Positions 50,001 to 59,773 are shown, numbered from the stretch's first letter. The stretch: DNA of 64,000 bases from an uncultured Candidatus Poseidoniales archaeon (GCA_902605365.1 CACLCM010000006.1:7121-71120), one strand, 5' to 3'. A program made the numbers and translations. Notes: generated from the sequence alone by a model not told the origin.

Positions 50001-52986
50001 AGCCAGAGTTGTTTATCCAAGTTAGATTCTCGCTCATCATTGCGGTTTGAGAACCATTCGTGATGAAATTTATTCCCCCGTTGTAGCAATACAAAGTTGC
50101 AACACAGTCCCACGATTTGTCTGTTAAGTTCCTAGCAGGTAGTAGAATTGAGAATTCCAAACTACTGGAATAATTCAATTCAAAACCATGGGCTTCAGAA
50201 ATCTGTGATGGAACGCCATCTACTTCTAAAGAATATAATTCACTAGTGTGATGGAAAGTTCCATTCCATTTCCAATCTAATACTCCATCATCTCCTAAAT
50301 CGATTGCAGGGGTTATCGGTGCACGTAGTGTAATTGGTTCTAATTTGAACCATTCAAATGTCTTTCCTACACCAATGTTTAGTTGGAGTGTAGTTGCTTG
50401 AGCAGGTCCGAAAGAATTTACCAAAACTTGACCACAATTTTTCTCATCCATCGCAGAAGGTTGACTGCCTCCTGATGCTGAAGGATAACCGAGACTCAAA
50501 ATTGGCTCCCTATGTAAAATTGGAGTGAGGCTTGCGGAGGCATTGCCTGCGCAATCTATGATCACATCGCCGTACGGACGCCATGAAGGTAGCTTGACTT
50601 CGAAATTAAATTCAGATGATGAGGGAGCCAAAGAAGGGTCAGTGACCCATTCCGGTATTGATTGAGACATCTGGATTATATCTAGGGTGAGATATTCTGT
50701 TATGCCATGGTGTAGGATTCTTATTCTTGGAGTGATTGTCTCATTATCAGTTGAAAGTTCAACTCTAAACTTTAGATGAGAATACTTCCATGCTGCAATG
50801 TCCAGATTAAATGGTAGTTCCAAATTTTCATGTCCTTCAACCACATTATCGTTTACATCTAGAACATCAACTGTTACAGCCGTACCCTCAGGTACCCAAT
50901 ACAGTGAACTCATTCTCGCCCAACCTGCCTCATCTGCTTCGATTAGCGGACTGACCCAAGTTCCATTTGTCTGGAATCTATCAATCTCTATTCCAGCGTC
51001 ATCGATGTACCAGCCATCTTCTTCAATATAGGCGTCGGAGAAGAATGAAAACCTGATTTGAACATTATTTCCCGCTAGGCTAGATATGTCACCACTAACG
51101 CGGCTGAAAGTATGGTTTACATTCGATGTACCGCAGCCATTGTTCACGGTTGAACCATCAAAAATACCGTGACCGTAGAATGGAGAATTAGAATTCACTT
51201 GGGATAATCTCTCGTAGAATCCTGTGATATTATCACCAAAGTGTTGCCAGGTTATTCCCTCATCTATCGAGGTGAAGATTGCTCCCCCATCCCATGCAGC
51301 CTCGGTGCAAACCCAATGACTGAATGTTAATCTAGCTGAAGAGCCAATAGGGATGTGATAGATTGGAGACACTAAATGTGAATATATATTGTTGGAATAA
51401 ACACCGTCAAGGCTGATCCCCATTCCTTTATTTCCACTAGGCCATGCTGTAGAATTGGGGCCATAACCTGCTGCATTAGAAATGGCTCCAGTCTCCCAAG
51501 GAGTGTTACCTCTTTCATGCTCTACACGCCAACCTGATGGTAGAAGTTGTACTGATTCAAAGGATTCAGATTCAGACCATGGGCCATTATGTCCTTCCCA
51601 GGTGATATATTGCCAATCATTTGCATAACCTTGTACTGAAAGTGAAGTTGTTGTAGACGAGTCACTGAAATTTTCCAATAGACTCGATTTCATATTCGGG
51701 GAGCCAACTGAAGAAAGTACTCTCAAGTCATCTATCATTATTCCCTCCCAGCCATCAATAGCACTACCTCCGTGATTCTTGACACCGTCAGTGGTCACTC
51801 TAAATTTCAGCAAAGCATGAGACGCGTTGACGTGTCCTGCTGCCCATGAAGGGAATGGGTGCTGAACATCTCGCCAACCGTATGTTTGTTGATTGTAAGT
51901 TGTACCTCCAGATGGAATCCCTAGACCCGGCACACCCGGAAGTGGACTCATTACAGTCCACGTGGTGTTGTTATCCAGTGAAATCATAACTACCATGTTA
52001 TCATTATAATCGCCTTCAATATCCCAATTGGATGAATATACAAATTCTAGTGGAGCTGCATATCCTGACAAATTTATTGGCACAATAATTGAGCCATCTG
52101 CATTTACTGAATATTGACCGCTAGAGTTTCCATGAAACCATGCACCCAATGGTTCACCTTGATTTGACAAATTGAATGAATCGATGAACAAGCCAATATC
52201 GCTACCGGAATTATTAGATGTTGTAACAAGATAACGGAACCCGATATTTGTAGCGTTTTGAATATAGGAATCAAGAGAATATGCTTCACTTACCCAATTA
52301 GACGAATTACCTGTCCAATTATCAAGGTCCTGCCAATTTTGACCATTGTCGATGGAATACTGAATCTGGGCATCATCTGTGCTATCGAATGAATTCCAGC
52401 GGTCGAAAGTCAGGTTGAAGTTTTTTACAACATCAGGGATGGGCCAAAATTTTGAACGAATGTATCCTTGTGAACCAGGAGGAATTGACCCATTACTTCC
52501 TGCAACCATATGCCCCGAGGTTGCATTGGTTGGACCATAGGCTACATTCGAGAGGTTTACTGGCAACCATATTTCATCACCGTGTGGAGCCCAAGTAGTA
52601 AATTGAGGAGTACTGGTTTCAAAATCGGTCATTTGACCGTAACTGGACTGTGTTGCTAAAGTTAGGTCTCCGTTAGAATTGAGGGAGGAAGTCCCGTTTG
52701 ATATCCCTACAGAAAAGCCACCTTGTGCATCTGGCGCCCAATATGTTCCATTATCTCCAGCTTCAACCCATTCCGGTTCTATCTCAAAGTTGGAATCTGT
52801 TATAGTGAAATTAGAAGGGACGATGAACCCATCATAAGTTGAGTTAGAAGGATCTAAACTCCAGGAATCCGGTGATGAACTGGGCCCTTGCCACACAGAA
52901 GTATCCGCTGCTGCCCATGGTGTGAGCAGCATTAGAATTGTGAGGAGTAATGCCTGTCTAATTGGGTCCACCGTCGGTGGACCCAT
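47023..52986 (-). CDS. giant (1987 aa) surface protein with a C-terminal TM anchor and N-terminal jelly-roll/MAM-like modules
   Basis: Signal peptide LLLTILMLLTPWAAADTS. Three modules end in a GW.IDD-type motif (IGLFIDSFNL, GWEGIMIDDLRV, DGWYIDDAGIEI). C-terminal LAVLSVFIAGLLLILANVRRN. Confidence 0.7.
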   Translation of the reverse strand: MGPPTVDPIRQALLLTILMLLTPWAAADTSVWQGPSSSPDSWSLDPSNSTYDGFIVPSNFTITDSNFEIEPEWVEAGDNGTYWAPDAQGGFSVGISNGTSSLNSNGDLTLATQSSYGQMTDFETSTPQFTTWAPHGDEIWLPVNLSNVAYGPTNATSGHMVAGSNGSIPPGSQGYIRSKFWPIPDVVKNFNLTFDRWNSFDSTDDAQIQYSIDNGQNWQDLDNWTGNSSNWVSEAYSLDSYIQNATNIGFRYLVTTSNNSGSDIGLFIDSFNLSNQGEPLGAWFHGNSSGQYSVNADGSIIVPINLSGYAAPLEFVYSSNWDIEGDYNDNMVVMISLDNNTTWTVMSPLPGVPGLGIPSGGTTYNQQTYGWRDVQHPFPSWAAGHVNASHALLKFRVTTDGVKNHGGSAIDGWEGIMIDDLRVLSSVGSPNMKSSLLENFSDSSTTTSLSVQGYANDWQYITWEGHNGPWSESESFESVQLLPSGWRVEHERGNTPWETGAISNAAGYGPNSTAWPSGNKGMGISLDGVYSNNIYSHLVSPIYHIPIGSSARLTFSHWVCTEAAWDGGAIFTSIDEGITWQHFGDNITGFYERLSQVNSNSPFYGHGIFDGSTVNNGCGTSNVNHTFSRVSGDISSLAGNNVQIRFSFFSDAYIEEDGWYIDDAGIEIDRFQTNGTWVSPLIEADEAGWARMSSLYWVPEGTAVTVDVLDVNDNVVEGHENLELPFNLDIAAWKYSHLKFRVELSTDNETITPRIRILHHGITEYLTLDIIQMSQSIPEWVTDPSLAPSSSEFNFEVKLPSWRPYGDVIIDCAGNASASLTPILHREPILSLGYPSASGGSQPSAMDEKNCGQVLVNSFGPAQATTLQLNIGVGKTFEWFKLEPITLRAPITPAIDLGDDGVLDWKWNGTFHHTSELYSLEVDGVPSQISEAHGFELNYSSSLEFSILLPARNLTDKSWDCVATLYCYNGGINFITNGSQTAMMSENLTWINNSGFSHHMSEYRFTFIANQSTSFSLLSINYFSGFNHSIILNHSLSDFLTPNEDGTSTLPVMISAQRGGVKFDGAIDHEKAIVDSWVDLPNDTFRPGFTQQAISNHQILQNTPDLDSVNLKISTGPQLSGVIAEVTIDNLANGGRFIQNSGAGVLSLDSTNSSWDGENVTWSFESKWLLDDYSRLYWFVTGINGENFSLGPVMGISGSGQHAASTNDLEVIELRAWSDNRSLHDFADPLWPLNVKADQEIIISGEVRFSGLNGIHPLPQDVDLIVSMFDDETEVISNSVTVDEFGIFNTTMSSPNLQSMSGSQLKIIPSIVGIGEEQSNNANDVTSASQEIRFVLDSINAEVIALEVNAPGGNQLADGHIWHMGQDIPLQLHISDDNGLPSTMELFYNRSGRGWESINFLTPLGSTSAVIDLPLIDEASVPLPGEETGWLDVFIVGNDLAGNPIENAGDFDEPYARINVQPRYATWISGDSLNLDRVDNYLLPGNTHRFNFTISDDNGIESIDSIRLDLAKDENRCDIEWIPWSGQIIHDVGCFIKPPSIQSNKHWQTNTWDVLIDFELRWDLEEDIGSLEQTPSLRIWDENAPLGAGFTSIDVLSWAIHSGIDLQIIDIQDKVAPLGDFEDKVVYLQAQDIVDIEVLAYHMGYEIPANNLPFSTSYVIQLIGNNNSTVFTNSFNSDGSSTNRIVFDSAYYGSQIKVLVDLNSLPGHNRTGDLADVVIDDSIPTITVSSGYLVIADSDELDEVPIEVTMQDGHGLNSEPIVMHWNFIRQGRLVEGTSGSVTIPVQFESVRSNLYSAVVDMNTSSDLRKGDGIIVWFDGSDASGQSIEGGGTSDIDPIYTLIQWMAYEPILGEIIVTPYRPNVGDIISVDVVISNIGLIDGSSQIVLLDGDGQTLDQLFLNLTGNTQTGHTFEIEAWKEGDLGLSVRIDNQPAVPIPISDVKNEVDESANSQSTMLGLAVLSVFIAGLLLILANVRRNQPLPFDEEE

Positions 52987-53069
52987 GGTCGGTGGGTTTG
53001 AATCTTCGTCTATGATGTTTCGACATCGCGGCTGAAGGGTTGATAGATGGCCCGCGCCACGTAAGGAGT

Positions 53070-54068
53070 ATGGCCGAGCGGACCTTCCTCAATCCAACTC
53101 AAGCCAAAGAGGTTGAGGAGCAGTTATTCTCAACCCTAAGGCAACAGGTTGGAAGGAGTGTCCCTATGCCCCTTCCTAGGCAAGACTTCTGGTTAAAGGT
53201 CGGTCAATTGCTCGATACAGTCGAGATGGAAATCCACGAAGTATACCGCACAGTGGGCCCTTCTCTGAAGATGCAGACTATTCAAAAAAGGCAAGCGAAT
53301 ATCCGCAGAACCGCTTCAGAACTAGCGAGAAAGCGCCTTGTGGCAATGATGCAACATTCGGCAAGCAAGGAGTTGAGAACAGAAGGTAGTTCCCTAGCAC
53401 AAGAACTTCCAAATCTAGACTGGTCCCGACACGATCCTGCGGAAAGAGAATTTTATGCAAATGCTACAGAACAGGTTAATCGGTTCAAACAATCGATTAA
53501 TTGGAATGCTATGCAAATGGGCCTCGCTGCTGAAGAGTTATCACAGAATTTCAAAATGGAAGCGGGAACTACACAGTTGGATTCCTTCGTTCCTGATAGT
53601 GGTGGCCTTACAGGTCAAGGACCACCAAGCATTGCCCTTGAAGAGAATTCTAAGCCGCTACCTGATGCTGAAATTGACGAGGAAGAGGAATTGGCTAAAG
53701 CAGATGCTTACCCTGAATTAGAGGGTGTGCAATCGGTTGAAGAGCGGCCTATTGCCACTTCGATGGCAGAAGGTAGCAACCATGCAGCAGCAATGGAATT
53801 GGCACCTTCTAAGAAGAAAGAAGAGATGGATTTTGATGCTTGGGCTGCGGCTGAAGCAGTTGCGGATGAACCAGTAGAAGTCGTTGAAGAGTATTCAGAG
53901 CCAGTAGATAGTCAACTACTGAGAGTTAGAGTATTGCAATCAATGGATGACCCAATCATTACCGCTGATGGTGAAATCGAATTAGGGGCCGGAGATATTT
54001 TGTTCTTAGATGAAGCTACAGCAAACTACCTGGTAGATTCTGGTGTCGCTGAAAATGCGGCACTATGA
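53070..54068 (+). CDS. GINS-like (Gins51/Psf1-Sld5 type) replication protein candidate with a long acidic insert
   Basis: The N-terminal helical region (LPRQDFWLKVGQLLDTVEMEI...RRTASELARKRLVAMMQHS) and the C-terminal LLRVRVLQSMDDPIITADGEIELGAGDILFLDEATANYLVDSGVAE resemble archaeal GINS A and B domains. AAGGAG lies just upstream of ATG 53070, separated from it by a single nucleotide. Confidence 0.45.
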   Translation: MAERTFLNPTQAKEVEEQLFSTLRQQVGRSVPMPLPRQDFWLKVGQLLDTVEMEIHEVYRTVGPSLKMQTIQKRQANIRRTASELARKRLVAMMQHSASKELRTEGSSLAQELPNLDWSRHDPAEREFYANATEQVNRFKQSINWNAMQMGLAAEELSQNFKMEAGTTQLDSFVPDSGGLTGQGPPSIALEENSKPLPDAEIDEEEELAKADAYPELEGVQSVEERPIATSMAEGSNHAAAMELAPSKKKEEMDFDAWAAAEAVADEPVEVVEEYSEPVDSQLLRVRVLQSMDDPIITADGEIELGAGDILFLDEATANYLVDSGVAENAAL

Positions 54069-54093
54069 AATTGCAATTTCAGATTGAAATTGT

Positions 54094-54105
54094 AAATAAA
54101 AAAAT
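54094..54105 (-). terminator. oligo-T tract (ATTTTTTTATTT on the minus strand) downstream of the EF-1alpha-S10 operon
   Basis: Archaeal intrinsic termination uses T-runs. This tract lies about 80 nt after the S10 stop and is flanked by three hairpins. Confidence 0.4.
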
Positions 54106-54183
54106 GATGAGTAGACAGCAAGGTGTAACTTGCTGTCCACTCACCGAGGTTAGCGTAAACGCCTCTAGTCCTAAGGACTAGTT

Positions 54184-54513
54184 TCAGTTCATCGAGCGCA
54201 TCGATAATTCGATGCTCACGGTGTCAGGAATTGGGATTCGAGCGACCTGTCTTAGAGCGCTTTCGTCTTTTCCGCTGGTGATATCCATCTCGAGAAGACG
54301 CTTGTGAATTCGCATCTCCCAATGATCGTATGTCTCGCTTCCTTCACCATCAGGCGCTTTGCGGACTGGTACCACAAGACGACGTGTTGGTAGTGGAATT
54401 GGACCACGTAGACTGATTCCGCCGTTGTCACAGATTGTCTTAATCTGAGTAGCAACTGCATCGATATCTCGATGGTTCTCTCCTGTTAACTTGATGATGG
54501 TCACTGCTGCCAT
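54184..54513 (-). CDS. rps10: ribosomal protein S10 (uS10)
   Basis: IKLTGENHRDIDAVATQIKTICDNGGISLRGPIPLPTRRLVVPVRKAPDGEGSETYDHWEMRIHKR. GAGGTGA lies upstream of ATG 54513. Confidence 0.95.
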   Translation of the reverse strand: MAAVTIIKLTGENHRDIDAVATQIKTICDNGGISLRGPIPLPTRRLVVPVRKAPDGEGSETYDHWEMRIHKRLLEMDITSGKDESALRQVARIPIPDTVSIELSMRSMN

Positions 54514-54556
54514 GATATTCACCTCTCTTCCATTCGGATCTTAATCCAGTCGGAAC

Positions 54557-55855
54557 TCAAGCCTTTTTCTCTATCTTCATACAGACACCAGCCGCGACGG
54601 TCTTACCCATGTCACGGATAGCGAAGCGAGACAATTCAGGGAATGTTTTCATGTCCTCAATTGCCATTGGCTTAGTAGGCTGGAAGCGAACTAGACAAGC
54701 GTCACCAGACTTCAAGAAACTAGGGTTAGCTTCTTTTCCGTTCTTGTTTGTCTTCTCTAGAAGTTCCATGAACTTGACAGCGACTTGTGCTGTGTGTGCG
54801 TGGAATACAGGTGTGTAACCAACCGATACTGCCTTTGGAATGTCCATAAGCTGAATCTGTCCAACGAAGTGTTCGTCGTGACGAACGAATGTTGGTGCTG
54901 AGTCGGTGTATCCTGCAACGTCACCACGGCGGATTTCATCAGCAGCCAGTCCACGAACGTTGAATCCAACGTTGTCTCCAGGTTCTGCCTTAGGTACCAT
55001 TGTGTGGTGCATCTCGATTGACTTGACTTCAGCGGACTTCTGTGATGGGTTGAACATTACAGTCTTACCAACGTTTAGAGTTCCGGTTTCAATCTTACCA
55101 ACTGGCACTGTACCAATACCGGAGATCTTGTAGACATCCTGAACTGGTAGGCGAAGTGGCTTGTCAATTGGCTTGTTTGGCATCTGTGCAGCGTCAATAG
55201 CCTCGAATAGTGTAGGACCATTGTACCAAGAACACTTGTCGGACTTAGTATAGACGTTGTCGCCGTTAAGGCTTGATGCTGGAATCATTGGAATACGGTC
55301 AAGTTGCTTAGCGAAACCTGCAGTCTTCAACAAGTTAGTAACTTGCTCACATGCAGCCTTGTACTTGTCTTCGGACCAGTCAACACCAGAAATATCCATC
55401 TTGTTAACGTGAATGATTAACTCAGCAACACCCAGTACCTTAGCAAGGAATGCGTGCTCCTTAGTCTGAGCGTTTACACCATCGTTTGCTGCACATAGTA
55501 GAACTGCTGTGTCAGCTTGGCTAGCACCAGTAATCATGTTCTTTACGAAGTCACGGTGACCTGGAGCATCAATGATAGTCCAGTAGTACTTAGGTGTAAA
55601 GAATTCTTTGTGTGCGACGTCGATTGTGATACCGCGCTCTCTCTCTTCCTTTAGACCGTCCATGACGTAAGCAAGACCGAATCCAGCCTTACCGGACTCA
55701 GCAGCGAGTTTTTCGTTCTTTTCAATAACGTGTTCTTCGATGTGACCGGAGTCCAAAAGAAGACGACCAACAGTGGTCGACTTTCCGTGATCTACGTGTC
55801 CAATAAACACAATATTGCGGTGTGGTTTGCTCTTATCTTCCCATTGAGATCCCAT
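54557..55855 (-). CDS. tuf: translation elongation factor aEF-1alpha
   Basis: [14 protein letters not shown] and NKMD. Start moved to ATG 55855, which is preceded by GGAGAG. Confidence 0.95.
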   Translation of the reverse strand: MGSQWEDKSKPHRNIVFIGHVDHGKSTTVGRLLLDSGHIEEHVIEKNEKLAAESGKAGFGLAYVMDGLKEERERGITIDVAHKEFFTPKYYWTIIDAPGHRDFVKNMITGASQADTAVLLCAANDGVNAQTKEHAFLAKVLGVAELIIHVNKMDISGVDWSEDKYKAACEQVTNLLKTAGFAKQLDRIPMIPASSLNGDNVYTKSDKCSWYNGPTLFEAIDAAQMPNKPIDKPLRLPVQDVYKISGIGTVPVGKIETGTLNVGKTVMFNPSQKSAEVKSIEMHHTMVPKAEPGDNVGFNVRGLAADEIRRGDVAGYTDSAPTFVRHDEHFVGQIQLMDIPKAVSVGYTPVFHAHTAQVAVKFMELLEKTNKNGKEANPSFLKSGDACLVRFQPTKPMAIEDMKTFPELSRFAIRDMGKTVAAGVCMKIEKKA

Positions 55856-55964
55856 ATTGCTCTCTCCTTTGCAACTTGCCGACATTCCACCCCTATTTGA
55901 AGACCGCGACGCGGATGAGGCTTGAATCAGTAAGAAAACTGGTGACTGAATAGCGCCCAGTGCC

Positions 55965-57134
55965 TCATTTGTAGATTAAGCGGATAATTAGGGATTCAAC
56001 TTCTAGGTCGTTTACCTTTTCATTGCGTAAAGTCATGGTCCACTCGCCGTCCTTCCATTGAGACTCACTGAAGTGATAGGAGCCTGTAAACTGCAGCCAT
56101 ACACAATCAGTGTCTGAATCACAATCTCCACTTTGGCGCTGGTCCAATCCCATTGCACTAGTATTTCCTGCTTCTTCATCTGTAGAGTTGAACCCGTAAA
56201 GATCTAATTTGGCTCGGCAATTATTAGCACCTGGAACATTGGTACAATCACCATCTTCTTTCAGATAGACCAATTCTCCAACCGCACGACGGATTGTATT
56301 TCCTGAATCAAGGTCCTGACTTGCAGGGAACGAGAAATCAATATCTATCGGGCTGTTAGAATTATTACCAGCTATTGCAAAGTCATTCCACTTAGCGACG
56401 TAATTAACGTAAACTACAACCTCATCAGTATTACTCAAACCTGCGCCATTAGTTACTGTTAATGCAATTTTATACTCTCCCGCTAAGACTTCTTTCCATT
56501 CAACAGTCTCGCCGGTAAGGTCTGCGTCATTCTTCGAATCGCCATCACCATCTTCATCGCGTTCAAGGTCTAGGTCCCAATCCCACGAAGAAATATATTC
56601 ATCTGAACTACCACCATCTGAATTTGAACCGTCTAGATAGATGGTTGTAGTTGCCAGTAGGTTCTTGTTAGAAGTACTCTTATCCATCTCACAAATGTAA
56701 GTCAAATAGTAACTTCCCGAATTTACGCTATCTCCGTCACAATCACTCATTGGTGAATCTGAACCTGCATCGGCAGTAGGGTCTACAGCATCTGCATCGA
56801 TTACCTTGACTGTACGGGATTGTGAATTTGAATTAGTCCCGTCTGAAACTGTAAGTTTGACTTCGTAACTACCTGCGTCTGGATAAGACCAGGTGACTGT
56901 TCGTCCCGTGTCATCATAAGCACCATCACTATCAAAATCCCACTTGTAGGTAAGTGATGCACCAGAAGGAAGAGAAGCTCCCCCATCAAAATCAATATCC
57001 ATGCCTGTTCTGATGTTCTTAGCAGGGTCGTAATCGAATATCGCTTCGACAGCAGAAGAGGATGCTTCGTCATCAGACATGCACCCAGCGAGGCTGGCTG
57101 AGATGAACAACAGGGCCATTAAAATAGGTTTCAT
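55965..57134 (-). CDS. secreted lipobox protein with two PKD domains
   Basis: [55 protein letters not shown] and WDWDLDL...[14 protein letters not shown] match the PKD pattern. Confidence 0.75.
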   Translation of the reverse strand: MKPILMALLFISASLAGCMSDDEASSSAVEAIFDYDPAKNIRTGMDIDFDGGASLPSGASLTYKWDFDSDGAYDDTGRTVTWSYPDAGSYEVKLTVSDGTNSNSQSRTVKVIDADAVDPTADAGSDSPMSDCDGDSVNSGSYYLTYICEMDKSTSNKNLLATTTIYLDGSNSDGGSSDEYISSWDWDLDLERDEDGDGDSKNDADLTGETVEWKEVLAGEYKIALTVTNGAGLSNTDEVVVYVNYVAKWNDFAIAGNNSNSPIDIDFSFPASQDLDSGNTIRRAVGELVYLKEDGDCTNVPGANNCRAKLDLYGFNSTDEEAGNTSAMGLDQRQSGDCDSDTDCVWLQFTGSYHFSESQWKDGEWTMTLRNEKVNDLEVESLIIRLIYK

Positions 57135-57189
57135 CACTATAGCGAGAAGACATAGTACCATTCAACCCTTGCCCTTCTTGACCCATCAA

Positions 57190-59721
57190 TCAGAACGAGA
57201 ATAGGGATGTTTGACGGTTTCCAGAAAGCAATTCTTTCGCACTCCACCCGAATGCTTCAGTAATTCTGCCAAAAGCAGTGGCTAAGCGGTCTGCATAGTA
57301 TTGGCCATCATATTCAGTCACAGGGTCTTCCTCCAACCAAGGCTGTATTTGCATAGGCCGGTTTCTTGCATTGGTAACAATGTATGATACTTTCATCCCA
57401 GGAGTGAAAGGAAGTCCTTTCTCTATCAATGCCTTTGCGGCATTGACCTGAATCATTGAATCTGGATTTGCATAATCTTTAGTGAAATTCCAACCTCCCT
57501 TACCATCGTTGGCTTTTTTGTCCCAACGTCCTTTACAGGATTTACTCATAATCAGGTCACGGACCGGAACTTCTCCATTCTTGGCGGCAGAAATTGTATC
57601 GATTGCTAGATTGATTGCTGCCTCTGAATCATCATCCAAAACATACCGGAACATCTGTTTCAATCCATCGGTGAGGTACCTGAATGAATCTGACCTTTGG
57701 GTTTCGTATCCTTTGATCATCATCTTTTCTTTTGGCCAAACAACTTGACCGACGTATCTCTTCTTTGCACCATGACTGAAGAAAACTGAAAGCCCGGTCT
57801 CAAATTCAAGTTCGGCGCTTGCTTCACTGAAACGCTGCGCAGTGCTGTGGCCGAACTCAATCATAGTATCATACGGGTTTTCGACGCCTTCGACTGGTGT
57901 CTTAACGAAGATTGAATCTGTATCTGAATACACAACATGTTGGCCTTCATCACCCAATTTTTGTATTATTGATTTGATATTCTGTCTGGCCCAGGCTGTG
58001 ATTGATTCTCCTAGTTGGCGGTGAGTGAAACGATAGAAGCCGCTTGCAAAAACACCGTAAAAAGAATTCATCAATATTTTCACAGCATATTGCATCTGGT
58101 CATGATAAGACTGGGTTGACTCGTCCTTAGCATCCCGCATTCCTGCTTTGTGAACATCTCTTTGAGCCATCAAATCTTCTAGCAATGTCGGAACCATTCC
58201 TCTCCTGCCACTCTCGTTACGGAATTTCGCACCAGTTGGGGATTCATACTCTTGTTCGTCAGCATCTGGCTGGTCAGTACTACTCTCGTCAATACGCGTG
58301 GTATAGCAAATATTTTTGCCAATCATAATCGAAGGGTACATCGATTTGAAATCGAGAATTGCAACCCAGCGATGTAGTCCTGCTTCTACATCGTGCACAT
58401 ATCCTCCTTCGATTTGACTTTCTTTTTTGTCGGCTGAACCAGTCAATGGAACTCCAATTGCAGTCCTATCTGCCATACGAATAACCAGTGAGTCAATCAA
58501 TTGTGATGTCGTACCATTTGCACTAGTATCGAGTGGAACCTTTGCAACTGCTGCTACTGCTTCTTTGCGACGGAATGCTTGGATTTTATGCATTATGTCT
58601 AAGGGTAATTCTGCGTCACGCAGACAGTATTCTACCACTACATCGGGACGAGCAGCCCACTCTTCGTCCATCTTTGAAGCATCAACATCCATCTTTTGCA
58701 TTTCTTCATCATCAGGAAATAGTAAGTTTGAGACAAATTTCAGAGTTTCACGTTGTGGTCTGAGGGCTTGACGTGCTTGCCACCAAGCGTCCATCACACA
58801 TCGCCCGCCTAGATTCCACGCCCTAGCAGTACCTCTAGTTGGATACAAGGTGTCTCTTCGTCGCCCCTCTTCAGAAGTAGATACTCGGCCCCAGCCCATC
58901 GTTGCGATTTTCAGGGATTTGTCACGTTTTGAGAGAAGATTCGCTCTATCTGAAATACGGCCCATGTCGAAATTATCAATATTGTATCCTGTGATAATAT
59001 CAGGGTCATTACTCCTTACCAGTTGAGTTAATTCTCGAAGAATTGATTCCTCATCACCATCAAATGTATGTCTTGTCCTTTCCCCTGTACCCATGTCTTC
59101 GATTACAGCAGCTGCACACAGAATTGTATCATGTGCAATCGATGTTTCAAGGTCAAATGAAAATATCTTGAAAGGCGCTGGGAAAGGCTCGCAGTGACGT
59201 GCTTCTTCCATAGTGATTTCTAGACAGATGTCAACGGGGTGGTCGCTCTCAACAACTTCCCCTTCTACACTTACGTGCATTGAAAGGTCGCCATCTAAGA
59301 AGAAGCGATTTACGAAGGGGATGTCTCCTGACAAAATTGTCCAGCTACCCTCGAGTTCTTTTCTCAGTTTAGGAACCATGAATGGTTGACCAACAAATAC
59401 CTTCCAAACAGGCTTTATTCCTAAGTCGGTCCATTTCATTTCAGGACCTTCGATTGCAACGACTTCTTCGGCAATCAACAGATGATCTGTGCCGGGTTTC
59501 CTTGTTTCATCCCATCTGCCAATAGGAGTAATCTCAAACCACGGTTTGACGCCGTGTACTCTAAGCAATACGGACTCACTGCTACGTGCCCTTGCCCATA
59601 ATTCCATGACTGTAGAATCGCCTACAGATGCATACCTGCCGGTGATGATTGCAACATCACCACTCCAGCGCATGTTACACCGTGAAAGTCGATAGGACAA
59701 CAACTTGTCGAAAGTGCACAT
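57190..59721 (-). CDS. polB: family B DNA polymerase
   Basis: Exo motifs FDLET, YNIDNFD and YCLRDAEL. Pol motifs DFKSMYPSIMI, KILMNSFYGV and YSDTDSIFV. An alternative start is ATG 59673. Confidence 0.95.
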   Translation of the reverse strand: MCTFDKLLSYRLSRCNMRWSGDVAIITGRYASVGDSTVMELWARARSSESVLLRVHGVKPWFEITPIGRWDETRKPGTDHLLIAEEVVAIEGPEMKWTDLGIKPVWKVFVGQPFMVPKLRKELEGSWTILSGDIPFVNRFFLDGDLSMHVSVEGEVVESDHPVDICLEITMEEARHCEPFPAPFKIFSFDLETSIAHDTILCAAAVIEDMGTGERTRHTFDGDEESILRELTQLVRSNDPDIITGYNIDNFDMGRISDRANLLSKRDKSLKIATMGWGRVSTSEEGRRRDTLYPTRGTARAWNLGGRCVMDAWWQARQALRPQRETLKFVSNLLFPDDEEMQKMDVDASKMDEEWAARPDVVVEYCLRDAELPLDIMHKIQAFRRKEAVAAVAKVPLDTSANGTTSQLIDSLVIRMADRTAIGVPLTGSADKKESQIEGGYVHDVEAGLHRWVAILDFKSMYPSIMIGKNICYTTRIDESSTDQPDADEQEYESPTGAKFRNESGRRGMVPTLLEDLMAQRDVHKAGMRDAKDESTQSYHDQMQYAVKILMNSFYGVFASGFYRFTHRQLGESITAWARQNIKSIIQKLGDEGQHVVYSDTDSIFVKTPVEGVENPYDTMIEFGHSTAQRFSEASAELEFETGLSVFFSHGAKKRYVGQVVWPKEKMMIKGYETQRSDSFRYLTDGLKQMFRYVLDDDSEAAINLAIDTISAAKNGEVPVRDLIMSKSCKGRWDKKANDGKGGWNFTKDYANPDSMIQVNAAKALIEKGLPFTPGMKVSYIVTNARNRPMQIQPWLEEDPVTEYDGQYYADRLATAFGRITEAFGWSAKELLSGNRQTSLFSF

Positions 59722-59773
59722 TCAATGAAATTGCGCACAATCATTGAATACCGGCGGGCTCTGGTACGTCACG

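Noticed and set aside
46913-52986. tRNA-Leu-flanked genomic island or integrated element
   Set aside because: I saw no integrase, recombinase or transposase, and no repeated copy of the tRNA 3' half. The only cargo is one giant surface-protein gene.
54104-54110. ATGATGA resembling a C box of a C/D box sRNA (similar strings occur at 29436-29442 and 6124-6129)
   Set aside because: I found no properly spaced D box (CUGA) or terminal stem on either strand.
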